Source: Candidatus Bathyarchaeia archaeon
GTDB taxonomy: Archaea > Thermoproteota > Bathyarchaeia > Bathyarchaeales > Bathycorpusculaceae
NCBI GenBank assembly: GCA_038882975.1
Contig: JAVZNE010000003.1
Location: 32,001 to 96,000 of the forward strand
Direction of reading: 5' to 3'
Length of the DNA: 64,000 nucleotides
Shown here: positions 28,304 to 37,711 of the stretch, one piece after another
Layout: every line of letters begins with the position of its first letter
How positions within the stretch are numbered: position 1 is the stretch's first letter
Notes under the pieces: generated by a model
Databases searched by the model: none
The model's input: the letters and a program-made list of their open reading frames with translations, nothing else
Told to the model about the DNA's origin: nothing
Program-made: the position numbers and the translations under genes

Positions 28304-29011
28304 ATGCCCTCCCCACTACAGCCAGAGTTCTTCTCATTGGTAGGCATAGACCTATTCCTAGCCATGAGCCTTTTAACATGCCTCTTGGACAGGCATTTTC
28401 CATCGCAGCTCCCATACGTCTATCAACTGGCAGCCCTAGCTGGTTTTGGACACCTAATCGTAAGCAGAGAATTCATGGCAACTTTCGATCCATACATGCG
28501 CTTCTGGTACAGCCTCCTATACCTTATAGTGGCTTTAGCCAACATAATAGCCGTAAACGTCTACCTAGGCATAGTTAAAAGGCTCGTAAGCCACGCCAAG
28601 GTTTTCATGGCAGCCGTAACCATTCCAGCCTTAACACTGGCGGCTTTATTCCTATCCAACTATGCTGAAATCGCCTCACATCCGATTATTTTGCTTCCTC
28701 AGATGGGTTGGGAAGCCGCCTTCGTGGGCATAGTAGCCTTCGACACACTTGTGGTGGGGTTGGGCACCTACATATTCTTCAAGCCCCGATGGTGGTACAT
28801 AGCCATAGGCGCAGGCACAGCCATAACAGCCGCAGCCGCCTACGCCGCCTACAAACCAACGTGGGGAGAGGCAGCCTTCATAGCTTCGGCAGCAGCCCTA
28901 GCAATAGCCTGCGCCATAGTCCTAGCCGTAAGCGCCTACGTCCTCGTAAAAATATGGATAGAAACCCTAAAAGAAAGGAAAAAAAGAAAAGGAGGTGAAA
29001 CAACAAAATGA
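28304..29011 (+). CDS. Uncharacterised polytopic membrane protein, paralog of 16011-16601
   Basis: About 7 hydrophobic segments; collinear similarity to 16011-16601 plus two extra C-terminal helices. Confidence 0.85.
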   Translation: MPSPLQPEFFSLVGIDLFLAMSLLTCLLDRHFPSQLPYVYQLAALAGFGHLIVSREFMATFDPYMRFWYSLLYLIVALANIIAVNVYLGIVKRLVSHAKVFMAAVTIPALTLAALFLSNYAEIASHPIILLPQMGWEAAFVGIVAFDTLVVGLGTYIFFKPRWWYIAIGAGTAITAAAAYAAYKPTWGEAAFIASAAALAIACAIVLAVSAYVLVKIWIETLKERKKRKGGETTK

Positions 29012-29520
29012 AAACAAGTTATAGGAAAATCGCAAAGCTGGTAACGTTACTGGTGACATCACTGATGATCGCTACTGCCAGCGTGCAAGCTTATCAAGCT
29101 TTCATGTACATGGAAGGCTCTATAATCGTTGGTTCTCAAAAAATAGTGTGGATATACAATGGTGCAGAAGATCCAGACGACACGGTATTGGTTAGTTTAA
29201 CCGGATTGGAGCCCGGCAAAACTTTGACTTTTAATGGAACTGCATACTTGAAAAACAAGGATACTTCGAATTATACCATTGTTTCTATTGAAGTAACAAA
29301 GGCTGTAGGCTCTAACTTTGAAATATGCAAAGCCTACATATACGAGAACTTCACAACAAGCGGCACATGGACTTTAGTTGGCACCTTAAATCTTGCATCA
29401 GAGGGCAGCAAAATAGAAAATAAACAGCTGCAGGCTGATGGTTATTACAAGTTTGATTTCGAAATTAGAGCATCATCATCTGGAAGTGATACTTTCAAGA
29501 TAAAGGTCACATACCAGTAA
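29008..29520 (+). CDS. Secreted beta-rich protein, putative TasA/AbpA-like filament subunit
   Basis: ATGA overlap, SD AAGGAGGTG; signal peptide ending ATAS; LEPGKTLTF...LKNKDT motif. Confidence 0.65.
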   Translation: MKTSYRKIAKLVTLLVTSLMIATASVQAYQAFMYMEGSIIVGSQKIVWIYNGAEDPDDTVLVSLTGLEPGKTLTFNGTAYLKNKDTSNYTIVSIEVTKAVGSNFEICKAYIYENFTTSGTWTLVGTLNLASEGSKIENKQLQADGYYKFDFEIRASSSGSDTFKIKVTYQ

Positions 29521-29680
29521 AACTTCCCTTTTTCTTTGTCTCTTGATTTTTCTTGAATTCTGAAATACAAAATGAAGCTTTAAGTTGGACATCCTATTTA
29601 TCAAAATTTGAAACGTGTAGATAAATCAAAGAATAACAAATTTTTTATTTGTCTTTTTAGTATTACTTTTTGGTGGGAAA

Positions 29681-29911
29681 TTGAGTAGGTATACTACGGT
29701 TTCCACTAAAATTCCTTTGGAGCTTAAGGAGAAGATGAAGGAGTTGAAGATTAAGCCTTCTAGGCTTTTGAGGAAAGCCATCGAAGATGAGGTAAGGCGT
29801 AAAGAAGCAGAAAGACTAAAAGAAGAGATTAGAAGGCTTAAGCCTGTCCTTGACAAGGTAAGCGTGGAAGAGGTTGTTAAAGGCTTGAGAGAGGATAGAA
29901 CGCGGAGATGA
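29681..29911 (+). CDS. Antitoxin (RHH, VapB-like)
   Basis: TVSTKIPLELKEKM...SRLLRKAIEDEV; overlaps the PIN toxin start. Confidence 0.8.
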   Translation: MSRYTTVSTKIPLELKEKMKELKIKPSRLLRKAIEDEVRRKEAERLKEEIRRLKPVLDKVSVEEVVKGLREDRTRR

Positions 29912-30309
29912 AATACCTCTTTGACTCTTCGGCGATATTCAAAGCTATAAAAGAAAATAAGATTGATGTTTTGGTTGGAAATTGCACGTTGGAATTGGCG
30001 AGATATGAGCTTGGAAATGTCCTTTGGAAAAGTTTCGCCTTAGAAGGAAAAGCCACAGAAGTGGAAATCAAAAGTTTGGCAAAGATTGTAAAGCGTGTTC
30101 TCGGCATAATGGAAGCATTGCAAATAAACTGCAATGAAGAAGAAATATTGGAAATTGCAAACAAGGCGAAGATAACATTTTACGATGCATCCTACGTTTA
30201 TTACGCAAAAGCGAAAAATCTAACATTGATAACCGAAGACACACGGCTTCTCAAAAAGATTGCAAACCAAATAAACGCCTCAACCTTAACCGACATCATC
30301 AGCCAATGA
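29908..30309 (+). CDS. vapC: PIN-domain toxin (VapC family)
   Basis: YLFDSSA, YELGN, TFYDASY and LITED motifs. Confidence 0.9.
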   Translation: MKYLFDSSAIFKAIKENKIDVLVGNCTLELARYELGNVLWKSFALEGKATEVEIKSLAKIVKRVLGIMEALQINCNEEEILEIANKAKITFYDASYVYYAKAKNLTLITEDTRLLKKIANQINASTLTDIISQ

Positions 30310-30410
30310 GGAAAACCACGTCAGACAACCTATTTTCCACCAAAGTTTAAATGTGAAGCGAGACAATGCTATCATTTAGTCTGCTCTAAACGTGGAAGGT
30401 GAAAAGCTGT

Positions 30411-31688
30411 ATGAGTAGGTCGTCTTTGTTTTCTGGTTTTTATAAGCTTAGTCCTAAAGAGCGTTTAGCCTTTGTTAAGGAGTTTGCCGGCTTAACTGAT
30501 GAGGAATGCGCCCTATTGCAGAATACTGGTGGTTTGCCCTTGGACTTGGCTGACCGCATGATAGAAAACGTTGTGGGTGCTATTCCAGTGCCGCTGGGCA
30601 TTGCCGTAAACTTCCTCATAAACGGCAGAGACTATTTGGTGCCTATGGCTATTGAGGAGCCTTCTGTTGTGGCGGCTGCTAGTTATGCTGCAAAGATGGC
30701 ACGGGATGGCGGGGGCTTCCACACGAGCAGTACTCCGCCAATCATGATTGGGCAGGTTCAAGCCGTTGGCATTAAAGACCCTTATGCAGCTAGGCTCCGC
30801 ATATTGCAGGCTAAAGATGAAATCCTAAAGAAGGCTAATGACCAAGATCCTGTGCTGGTTTCTGTGGGCGGCGGAGCCAAAGACCTAGACGCAAAAGTCA
30901 TCCATACAGTGCAAGGTCCAATGGTTATTACTGAGTTGCATGTGGACTGCCGCGACGCTATGGGCGCTAACGCCGTAAACACCATGTGTGAGGCTGTAGC
31001 CCCCCTAATAGAACGGATAACAGGCGGCCGCGTTTATCTGCGGATAATCTCAAATTTGGCTGTTAAACGCCTAGCAAGAGCCTGGTGCGTCGTGCCAAAG
31101 GAGGCTGTGGGCGGAGAAGAAGTTGTAGACGGCATTGTGAACGCTTGGGCTTTTGCTGCAGCAGACCCTTATAGGGCTGCCACCCACAACAAGGGGATTA
31201 TGAACGGCATAATAGCCGTCGTAATCGCCACATGCAACGACCACCGAGCTGTAGAAGCTGGAGCCCATGCTTATGCTGCCAGAAGCGGCCACTATACGAC
31301 TCTTTCAACATGGGAGAAAAACGAAAACGGCGACTTGGTAGGCTCAATAGAACTGCCTATGGCTGTAGGCCTAATAGGAGGGGCTGTGCGAACCCACCCA
31401 ATAGCCAAAATATGCCTAAAAATCCTAGGCGTAAAAACAGCTAATGAGTTTGCCGAAGTTTTGGCAGCTGTAGGCTTAGCCCAAAACCTAGGCGCATTGA
31501 GGGCATTAGCCCACGAAGGCATACAGCGCGGCCACATGTCACTTCATGCGAGAAACATTGCCATTGCTGCTGGCGCCACTGGCGAGTTAATCGATTTGGT
31601 TGCTGAGAAAATGGTGGAGGAGCGCAAAATCCGCATGGACAGAGCCAAAGAACTCATAGAACAGTATAGGGTGGCTGGAAAAATCTAA
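30411..31688 (+). CDS. mvaA: Hydroxymethylglutaryl-CoA reductase, class II
   Basis: ENVVG, EEPSVVAA, DAMGAN, RAATHNKGIMNG, NDHRAVEA and EGIQRGHMSLH motifs. Confidence 0.93.
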   Translation: MSRSSLFSGFYKLSPKERLAFVKEFAGLTDEECALLQNTGGLPLDLADRMIENVVGAIPVPLGIAVNFLINGRDYLVPMAIEEPSVVAAASYAAKMARDGGGFHTSSTPPIMIGQVQAVGIKDPYAARLRILQAKDEILKKANDQDPVLVSVGGGAKDLDAKVIHTVQGPMVITELHVDCRDAMGANAVNTMCEAVAPLIERITGGRVYLRIISNLAVKRLARAWCVVPKEAVGGEEVVDGIVNAWAFAAADPYRAATHNKGIMNGIIAVVIATCNDHRAVEAGAHAYAARSGHYTTLSTWEKNENGDLVGSIELPMAVGLIGGAVRTHPIAKICLKILGVKTANEFAEVLAAVGLAQNLGALRALAHEGIQRGHMSLHARNIAIAAGATGELIDLVAEKMVEERKIRMDRAKELIEQYRVAGKI

Positions 31689-31723
31689 AAGATAGGCGTG
31701 CTTCACTAGAGAACGGCGGTTAA

Positions 31724-32599
31724 ATGAAAATCCTTCCAGGTCCAGCCTCAAAAGAGCTAGGCGAAAAAATAGCCCAAATTTTAGGCGTAGAGCCAACTCC
31801 AGTCTTTTTTAAGGCTTTTCCAGACGGCGAATCCTATGTTAGGCTTGACGGAGCTGTTGAAGGCGAAACCGCCGTAATAGTGCAGACAACAAGCCCGCCG
31901 CAAGACACACGCCTAATACAGCTGGCATTAATTGCTGATGCTGCCAAAAGAAACAACGCGAGAAGAGTTGTGGCGGTTGTTCCCTATTTGGCTTATGCCC
32001 GCCAAGACAAAGTCTTCCTTAAAGGAGAGGCTGTAAGCATAGAAGCCATAGCGAGAATGCTTAAGGCTGCTGGCCTCGACGCCCTAATAACTGTCAACAT
32101 TCACCAGCAAAACATCTTAGACAAGTTTCCCTTCCAAGCAAAGAGCATCTCAGCCATCCCGCTTTTAGCCGAACACTTCAAGCAAAGGGGCTTTAAAGAG
32201 GCTTTTGCGCTGGCTCCAGACAAAGGCGCGATAAGCATAGCTGAAGAAGCCTCAAAGGTTCTAGGCGGAGACTATGGCTACTTGGAAAAGCAGAGAGACC
32301 GCTACACCGGGCGTGTGACCGTTGAAAAGAAAGAGTTCGCCGTTAAAGGAAAAACAGTCATCATTTTTGACGACATTATTAGCACTGGCGGCACAATAAT
32401 TGCAGCTGCAAACGTCTTACGCGAGCTTGGAGCAGCCAAAGTTTATGCCGCATGCGTTCATCCGCTTTTGGTAGGCGATGCTGAAAAGCGAATCCGTCAA
32501 GCCGGAGTTGAAGAAATAATCGGAACAGACAGTGTCCCTAGCCACGTTAGCAAGGTTTCATTAGCCCCGCTCATTGCTCAAGTTTTGCGGGAGCTTTAA
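31724..32599 (+). CDS. prs: Ribose-phosphate pyrophosphokinase
   Basis: FPDGE, PYLAYARQD, APDKGA and DDIISTGGT motifs. Confidence 0.95.
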   Translation: MKILPGPASKELGEKIAQILGVEPTPVFFKAFPDGESYVRLDGAVEGETAVIVQTTSPPQDTRLIQLALIADAAKRNNARRVVAVVPYLAYARQDKVFLKGEAVSIEAIARMLKAAGLDALITVNIHQQNILDKFPFQAKSISAIPLLAEHFKQRGFKEAFALAPDKGAISIAEEASKVLGGDYGYLEKQRDRYTGRVTVEKKEFAVKGKTVIIFDDIISTGGTIIAAANVLRELGAAKVYAACVHPLLVGDAEKRIRQAGVEEIIGTDSVPSHVSKVSLAPLIAQVLREL

Positions 32600-32600
32600 A

Positions 32601-33638
32601 GTGGCTAGGCTTTTCTTCCTCTTATCTGGCGAGCATGAAACACTGCCAACGGCGGAGCTGAAAGCCATTCTGGAGGCTGAAGGCTACAACCACAAAGTTT
32701 TAGAAACGCTGGACCAAATTTTAAGGGTTGAAGCAGACGTAAAGTGTGTTGAAGCTGTAAAAAAGCGTGCAGCCTTAACAAGGCTGTGTGGATTGGAAAT
32801 TTTCACATGCAAGGCTGAGCCAAGCGAGGCTGCCAAAGCCATCCGCTCAACCAATATTGGCGAATTCATGAAAAGCGGTGAAACTTTTGCTGTCCGCATA
32901 AAACATGTAAAAAGCCATGCCAAAGAAGTTGACGGAATGGCTTTGGAGCGCAAACTCGGAGAAATAATCCTAAACGCAGCAGAAAATGTGCGAGTAAACC
33001 TTCAAAACCCTCAAAAAACCTTCACAGGAATACTAACGGACGACAAGCTTGTTTTCGGCTTGAAGCTGGCGGATATGCCGCCAAAACCCTTCATGGATAG
33101 ACGCCCTAAGAAAAAGCCCTTCTTCCATCCATCCGCCATGCCGCCAAAACTTGCAAGGTGTATGGTGAACTTAGCCAAGCCGAAAGCTGACGAATTAGTA
33201 TTTGACCCCTTCTGTGGGACGGGAAGCATTCTAATAGAGGCAGCCTTAATAGGCTGCCGCGTCCTAGGCGTGGACATTCAAAAACGCATGGTAAGGGGAA
33301 GCCGAAAAAACTTTGCATATTTTGGCATTGAACCAGAGGGGCTCATAGTTGCAGATGCAAAAAACCCGCCAGTAAAAGCCGTAGACGCTGTTGTTGCAGA
33401 CCCACCTTATGGGCGGAGTGCAACAACCTTTAGGCGAACCACAAGGCAGATAATCGAAGACTGTTTAAAGGCTGTTCACGGCATGCTTAGCGTTAAGAAA
33501 AGAATTTGTATGGCGGCCCCCAAAACCATTGGAATAAGCCAAATCGGCAAGACGCTGGGCTATCGGCATGTGGAATCCCACATGGTTTATGTGCATAGAA
33601 GCTTAACCCGTGAAATCGCAGTTTTTGAGAAGGCATAA
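32601..33638 (+). CDS. THUMP-domain tRNA (guanine-10-N2)-methyltransferase (Trm11/TrmG10)
   Basis: LSGEH, THUMP region, LARCMVNL, DPFCGTGSILIEA, DPPYG and VHRSLTR motifs. Confidence 0.9.
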   Translation: MARLFFLLSGEHETLPTAELKAILEAEGYNHKVLETLDQILRVEADVKCVEAVKKRAALTRLCGLEIFTCKAEPSEAAKAIRSTNIGEFMKSGETFAVRIKHVKSHAKEVDGMALERKLGEIILNAAENVRVNLQNPQKTFTGILTDDKLVFGLKLADMPPKPFMDRRPKKKPFFHPSAMPPKLARCMVNLAKPKADELVFDPFCGTGSILIEAALIGCRVLGVDIQKRMVRGSRKNFAYFGIEPEGLIVADAKNPPVKAVDAVVADPPYGRSATTFRRTTRQIIEDCLKAVHGMLSVKKRICMAAPKTIGISQIGKTLGYRHVESHMVYVHRSLTREIAVFEKA

Positions 33639-33656
33639 AGCTGCTTGTAAACTTCT

Positions 33657-34046
33657 TCATTTTGCTGCGGCGAGCATCCGCTCTTTCTTAAAGCAGAGGA
33701 TTACGATGGATATTATTGGCACGACTAAGCCGATGGAGGCTGTGAATTGTATCGTTAACCCCCATAAATCGAACGCTATGGTTGCAATACTAGCAGATAT
33801 TGTGCTCCAGAAGCCCCATTTTCGCTCAAACAACAAACCGAAAGTGGCGCCAAGCCCTAAAACGCCTAGAAACAGAAACATCATGAAAAGTATGACGGAT
33901 GTTTCATATGAAATTGGATTGTCTAAAAACTGTCCCATCCCTTCAGGTGTGCCAACCGCTGCAAAGAAAAGCCTGCCAACAGATTGGATTATCCATAGTA
34001 AGCCAACAAAGACCACAGCCTTGCTCCTTTTAACAGAACCCGCCAT
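33657..34046 (-). CDS. Small membrane protein
   Basis: 129 aa, about 4 TM segments. Confidence 0.65.
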   Translation of the reverse strand: MAGSVKRSKAVVFVGLLWIIQSVGRLFFAAVGTPEGMGQFLDNPISYETSVILFMMFLFLGVLGLGATFGLLFERKWGFWSTISASIATIAFDLWGLTIQFTASIGLVVPIISIVILCFKKERMLAAAK

Positions 34047-34049
34047 TTT

Positions 34050-34517
34050 CTACCCCTCCACTTTAAGCTGGACGGCTATATTCTTTCCAAACTCTTTGCA
34101 TTTTGGCAGTTCGCCCTCCACAATTGGTCCCTTTATTCCTTGAACTTTTATTGATAAGCCAGCCGCGATTCGCCTTAAACTTGGAGCTTTTTCGCTTACC
34201 CGTTTTTCCATCTTCTTTACAGCTTTCTCAAAGTCCCTTCCCATATACGTGTCGAAAACAGCAAATTTCTTTCCATCCAACTGCAACTTGCTAAGCTTGT
34301 CGATAAAGCCCTTAATGCCCCTTGTTGGACCACCCACATGATTTGGAGAGCCAATCAATATTGCATCACAAAAGGGGATTTCTTTAAGGTCCAATTCTTT
34401 CAGTTCTTTGAGGGAAACCTCCACCCCGCCGACCTCTTTTATTCCTTCAATTATGGACTCCGCCACGCGCTTAGTGTTGCCGTAAAGAGATTCAAAAACA
34501 ACAATAACCCTTACCAT
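34050..34517 (-). CDS. Flavodoxin-like protein
   Basis: ESLYGNTKRVAE, IGSP and AVFDT motifs. Confidence 0.9.
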   Translation of the reverse strand: MVRVIVVFESLYGNTKRVAESIIEGIKEVGGVEVSLKELKELDLKEIPFCDAILIGSPNHVGGPTRGIKGFIDKLSKLQLDGKKFAVFDTYMGRDFEKAVKKMEKRVSEKAPSLRRIAAGLSIKVQGIKGPIVEGELPKCKEFGKNIAVQLKVEG

Positions 34518-34628
34518 AAGCAACATTTCCCGTTTATAATTCTTCATCCAAGTCTTTAAGACTTACGGACTTTATTAAGCACAAAGCCTAACAAGGAAAG
34601 ACTGCATACTCTAAAAGGTGTTGCACTT

Positions 34629-35552
34629 ATGAACTTGAAAGTTATTTTCTTAGGCACGGCTGGAAGCATTCCCACTCCAAAGAGGAGTTTGCCAGCCATA
34701 TTGATAAGGCGTAAAGGCGAACAACTGCTCTTCGACTGTGGCGAGGGCGTCCAAAGGCAGATGATTATGGCTGGAGCCAGCTTTAATAGGAAAATGAAGG
34801 TGTTTATAACGCATATGCATGGGGACCATATGCTGGGATTGCCAGGGCTTGTACAGACGATGGCTCTTCTTGACCGTGACAAAAAACTCGAAATCTACGG
34901 ACCGCCAGGAATACGAAGATTCATGGAGGGCATAAGGGAAACGGTGCAGTTTGGCTTAACATTTCCTATAGAAATCCACGAAATCCATGAAGTCGGGACA
35001 GTATGCGAAGCGGATGAATACACGGTTCAAGCCATATGGGCAAACCACGTAATACCAAGCCTAGCCTACGCCCTTGTGGAGAAGCCCCGACCAGGAAAAT
35101 TTTACCCAGAAAAAGCCAGAGCCCTAGGAGTACCAGAAGGACCTTTATGGTCAAAGCTTCAACACGGAAATGAAGTCAAGCTTCCAAACGGGAAGATTGT
35201 TAAACCAGAAGACGTCATGGGTCCGCCAAGAAAGGGAAGAAAAATAGTTTATACTGGGGACACTAGACCCTTTGATGGTTTGGCGGATTTTGCGTCAAAC
35301 GCTGATCTGTTAATTCATGATGCCACTTTGGATGATAAACTGGCTGAAAGAGCCTATGAGGATGGGCACTCAATTCCAAGCCAGGCGGCGGAAACCGCTG
35401 AAAAGGCTAAAGCTAGACTGCTGGTTTTAACGCATATAAGTGCGAGATATGAAGATCCAAGGATGCTCCTTAGACAAGCGAGAAAAATTTTCAAAAACAC
35501 TAGAATAGCCGAGGACCTCATGGAAATTGAAATTCCGCTTCCAGAAGGCTGA
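34629..35552 (+). CDS. rnz: Ribonuclease Z
   Basis: LGTAGSIPT, DCGEGVQ, THMHGDH, GP exosite, TGDTRP, HDAT and HISARY motifs. Confidence 0.96.
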   Translation: MNLKVIFLGTAGSIPTPKRSLPAILIRRKGEQLLFDCGEGVQRQMIMAGASFNRKMKVFITHMHGDHMLGLPGLVQTMALLDRDKKLEIYGPPGIRRFMEGIRETVQFGLTFPIEIHEIHEVGTVCEADEYTVQAIWANHVIPSLAYALVEKPRPGKFYPEKARALGVPEGPLWSKLQHGNEVKLPNGKIVKPEDVMGPPRKGRKIVYTGDTRPFDGLADFASNADLLIHDATLDDKLAERAYEDGHSIPSQAAETAEKAKARLLVLTHISARYEDPRMLLRQARKIFKNTRIAEDLMEIEIPLPEG

Positions 35553-35553
35553 A

Positions 35554-36372
35554 TCATTTAAGCATTTCTTTCAACTTTTGAACGCTTTCAGCAACATTCT
35601 CAACAGACTCCACAACCACAACCTTGTCATAGGATATTTCCCGCAGCAGCCTTGCAAACCCATGCCAGTCCACTGTTCCATAGCCTATACCAAGATGCAA
35701 GTCGTTCCTTCCGTCGTTGTCGTGGGCATGGATGTGCATGATTTTATCTGCAAACATTTTTAGGAAATGTTCTGTCTGCCCATTAATGTTTGAATGTCCA
35801 ATATCTAGGGCTAAGCCTAGAGGCTCTGAAACTTCGCTGTAAAATTTTTCAAAGTCTTTGACGCCTTTCATTAGGAATGGGTATGGTTCAGGAACGTTCT
35901 CTATAGCTATTTCCAAACCATAATCGCTGGCAATTTTATAGAGAAGCCGCGCAGTTTTTCTGTTTTGTTTCCAATCCTCGCCGGGATAAAACATGCTCAC
36001 ACCAGTTTTTAATCCTGGATGGAAAACCCAAATGTATGCCTCTAAAAGGCTTGCCAGCTTCATGGAATTTTCCAGCCGTCTAAGCATGGCTTTTAAAATG
36101 CTGTGTGATGGTGAGGCTATGTTTATGTCGGCAAATGGCGCGTGAACAGAGAACTTCACGTCGTAAGTTTTCCCTATATCCATAAGTCTCGTAACTCTCT
36201 GCTTGTCTAAAGCGTGGAGACCGTCGTCTACAATTTCTATGTGGCTGGCGTTTATGTTTGTGATTTTTCTTACCATTTTGTTGAAGGGTTCGCTTAGTAG
36301 GTGGAGGGTTGAAACTCCGATTTCTGGTCTGCTCAAAGTTTTCATCCCGATGCCTTTTAGATTTATTTCCAT
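35554..36372 (-). CDS. Sugar phosphate isomerase/epimerase (AP endonuclease 2 TIM barrel)
   Basis: VHAPF.DINIAS, FHPG, IENVP, LDIGH and HAHDNDG..DLHL motifs. Confidence 0.88.
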   Translation of the reverse strand: MEINLKGIGMKTLSRPEIGVSTLHLLSEPFNKMVRKITNINASHIEIVDDGLHALDKQRVTRLMDIGKTYDVKFSVHAPFADINIASPSHSILKAMLRRLENSMKLASLLEAYIWVFHPGLKTGVSMFYPGEDWKQNRKTARLLYKIASDYGLEIAIENVPEPYPFLMKGVKDFEKFYSEVSEPLGLALDIGHSNINGQTEHFLKMFADKIMHIHAHDNDGRNDLHLGIGYGTVDWHGFARLLREISYDKVVVVESVENVAESVQKLKEMLK

Positions 36373-36531
36373 GCGCTTTTCTTGCTTATAACTGCTGGCT
36401 TGTTGTTCTTCTGGTTTTCTTTTAATTATGGATTTTTAGTGAGCAAAATATATATTCGATTTTGTGGTCATAACTGGTGACTACTAACGGTGGTAATTTC
36501 GTGCACCTACCAAAATGGACGGTGCAACGGA

Positions 36532-37338
36532 ATGTCTAAAAACACTTTTAAGCCCCTAGACGTCGGCAGAGTCATGATTTTTAACAAAGACCAGAAAATA
36601 TATGGGCTTGCGATAGAGGCGAAAGTTGAGAAGGGAAACTTAAGAAAACTAGCAGAAGTAGCTGAAAGCCTAGACATAACAGTACGCTACATCCAATTTT
36701 CCATGAATGAAGCCCATAAACCCACAGTTAACGCAATCGCCTTCCTAGACTTTTCAAAAGCGAGAGCTACACCAGAAGAAGCCCTAGAAATAATCCTTAA
36801 CAGCTACGACTTTGTTAAGAACGCGAAAATAATAAAGCCCTGTGGCGAAAGCATTGTTTTCGACAACCACTTCTTTCCATTAATTGCGGCGAACGAAAGA
36901 GCGGTCATCTTAAGAAAATCCGTTTACGAAGCTCTCTTTAATGGTGTTAGGGAAAAATTCGGGTCAGCCGGTGAAGCGATGCTTTATTATCAGGGTTTTA
37001 GCATAGGCTTTGAAATTTATGATACATATCGAGAGATTGCAAGGTCGGACGCTGTGGAGGATTTGGTTGAGGTGGCTAAAGCTATAAACATGACTCTGGG
37101 TTGGGGAATAATAGACCATGTAGACATAGACATGCAAAGGAAATCCGCACGACTTCGAGTATACCAAAACTTTGAATGCGAACTTGGCGTTGGGAAAGGA
37201 AAGCCATACAGCCAATTCTATAGAGGTGCTGTTGCTGGAATATTCACCCGCTTCTTTGGAAAGGATGTTAAGGTCAAAGAGACAAAATGCATTGCCAAGG
37301 GTGACCAGTACTGCGAATTCACGGTGAAAGCGTCTTAA
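36532..37338 (+). CDS. ACT-like plus V4R domain protein
   Basis: LGWG, FECE, FYRGAVAG and ETKCIAKGDQYCEF V4R motifs; N-terminal ACT-like segment. Confidence 0.82.
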   Translation: MSKNTFKPLDVGRVMIFNKDQKIYGLAIEAKVEKGNLRKLAEVAESLDITVRYIQFSMNEAHKPTVNAIAFLDFSKARATPEEALEIILNSYDFVKNAKIIKPCGESIVFDNHFFPLIAANERAVILRKSVYEALFNGVREKFGSAGEAMLYYQGFSIGFEIYDTYREIARSDAVEDLVEVAKAINMTLGWGIIDHVDIDMQRKSARLRVYQNFECELGVGKGKPYSQFYRGAVAGIFTRFFGKDVKVKETKCIAKGDQYCEFTVKAS

Positions 37339-37400
37339 AACTTTTATAGCCATGGGCTTAAATTTTATATTTTAATGGCGTTGGGGCGCGTAGGGCGCCT

Positions 37401-37574
37401 ATGACCGGTGAAGGAAAAGGCAAAGTTGTTGATAGGGGCAAGAAGTATAGGAAAATCTTCGTTTACATCCCAAAGGAGGTTTCGTCGGACACTAGTTTCC
37501 CGTTTAAGGTTGGGGAAGACGTAACTGTGAAGATTGATGGCGATAGGCTGATAATTGAGAAGCGGCGGAATTAA
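37401..37574 (+). CDS. AbrB/MazE-like swapped-hairpin DNA-binding microprotein (absent from ORF track)
   Basis: Hand translation: MTGEGKGKVVDRGKKYRKIFVYIPKEVSSDTSFPFKVGEDVTVKIDGDRLIIEKRRN*, 57 aa. Confidence 0.8.
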   Translation: MTGEGKGKVVDRGKKYRKIFVYIPKEVSSDTSFPFKVGEDVTVKIDGDRLIIEKRRN

Positions 37575-37711
37575 AGCGGTAAAACAGCTAGTTAAAATTG
37601 GATTCTGATTCCGAATATGTAGTGTTAGTGTTAATCTAGACTCCACATTCATACAAGTTAAATCATCGACTTACCAAAATTCTGACAAGATGCATTCACG
37701 GAAGAGGCAGC

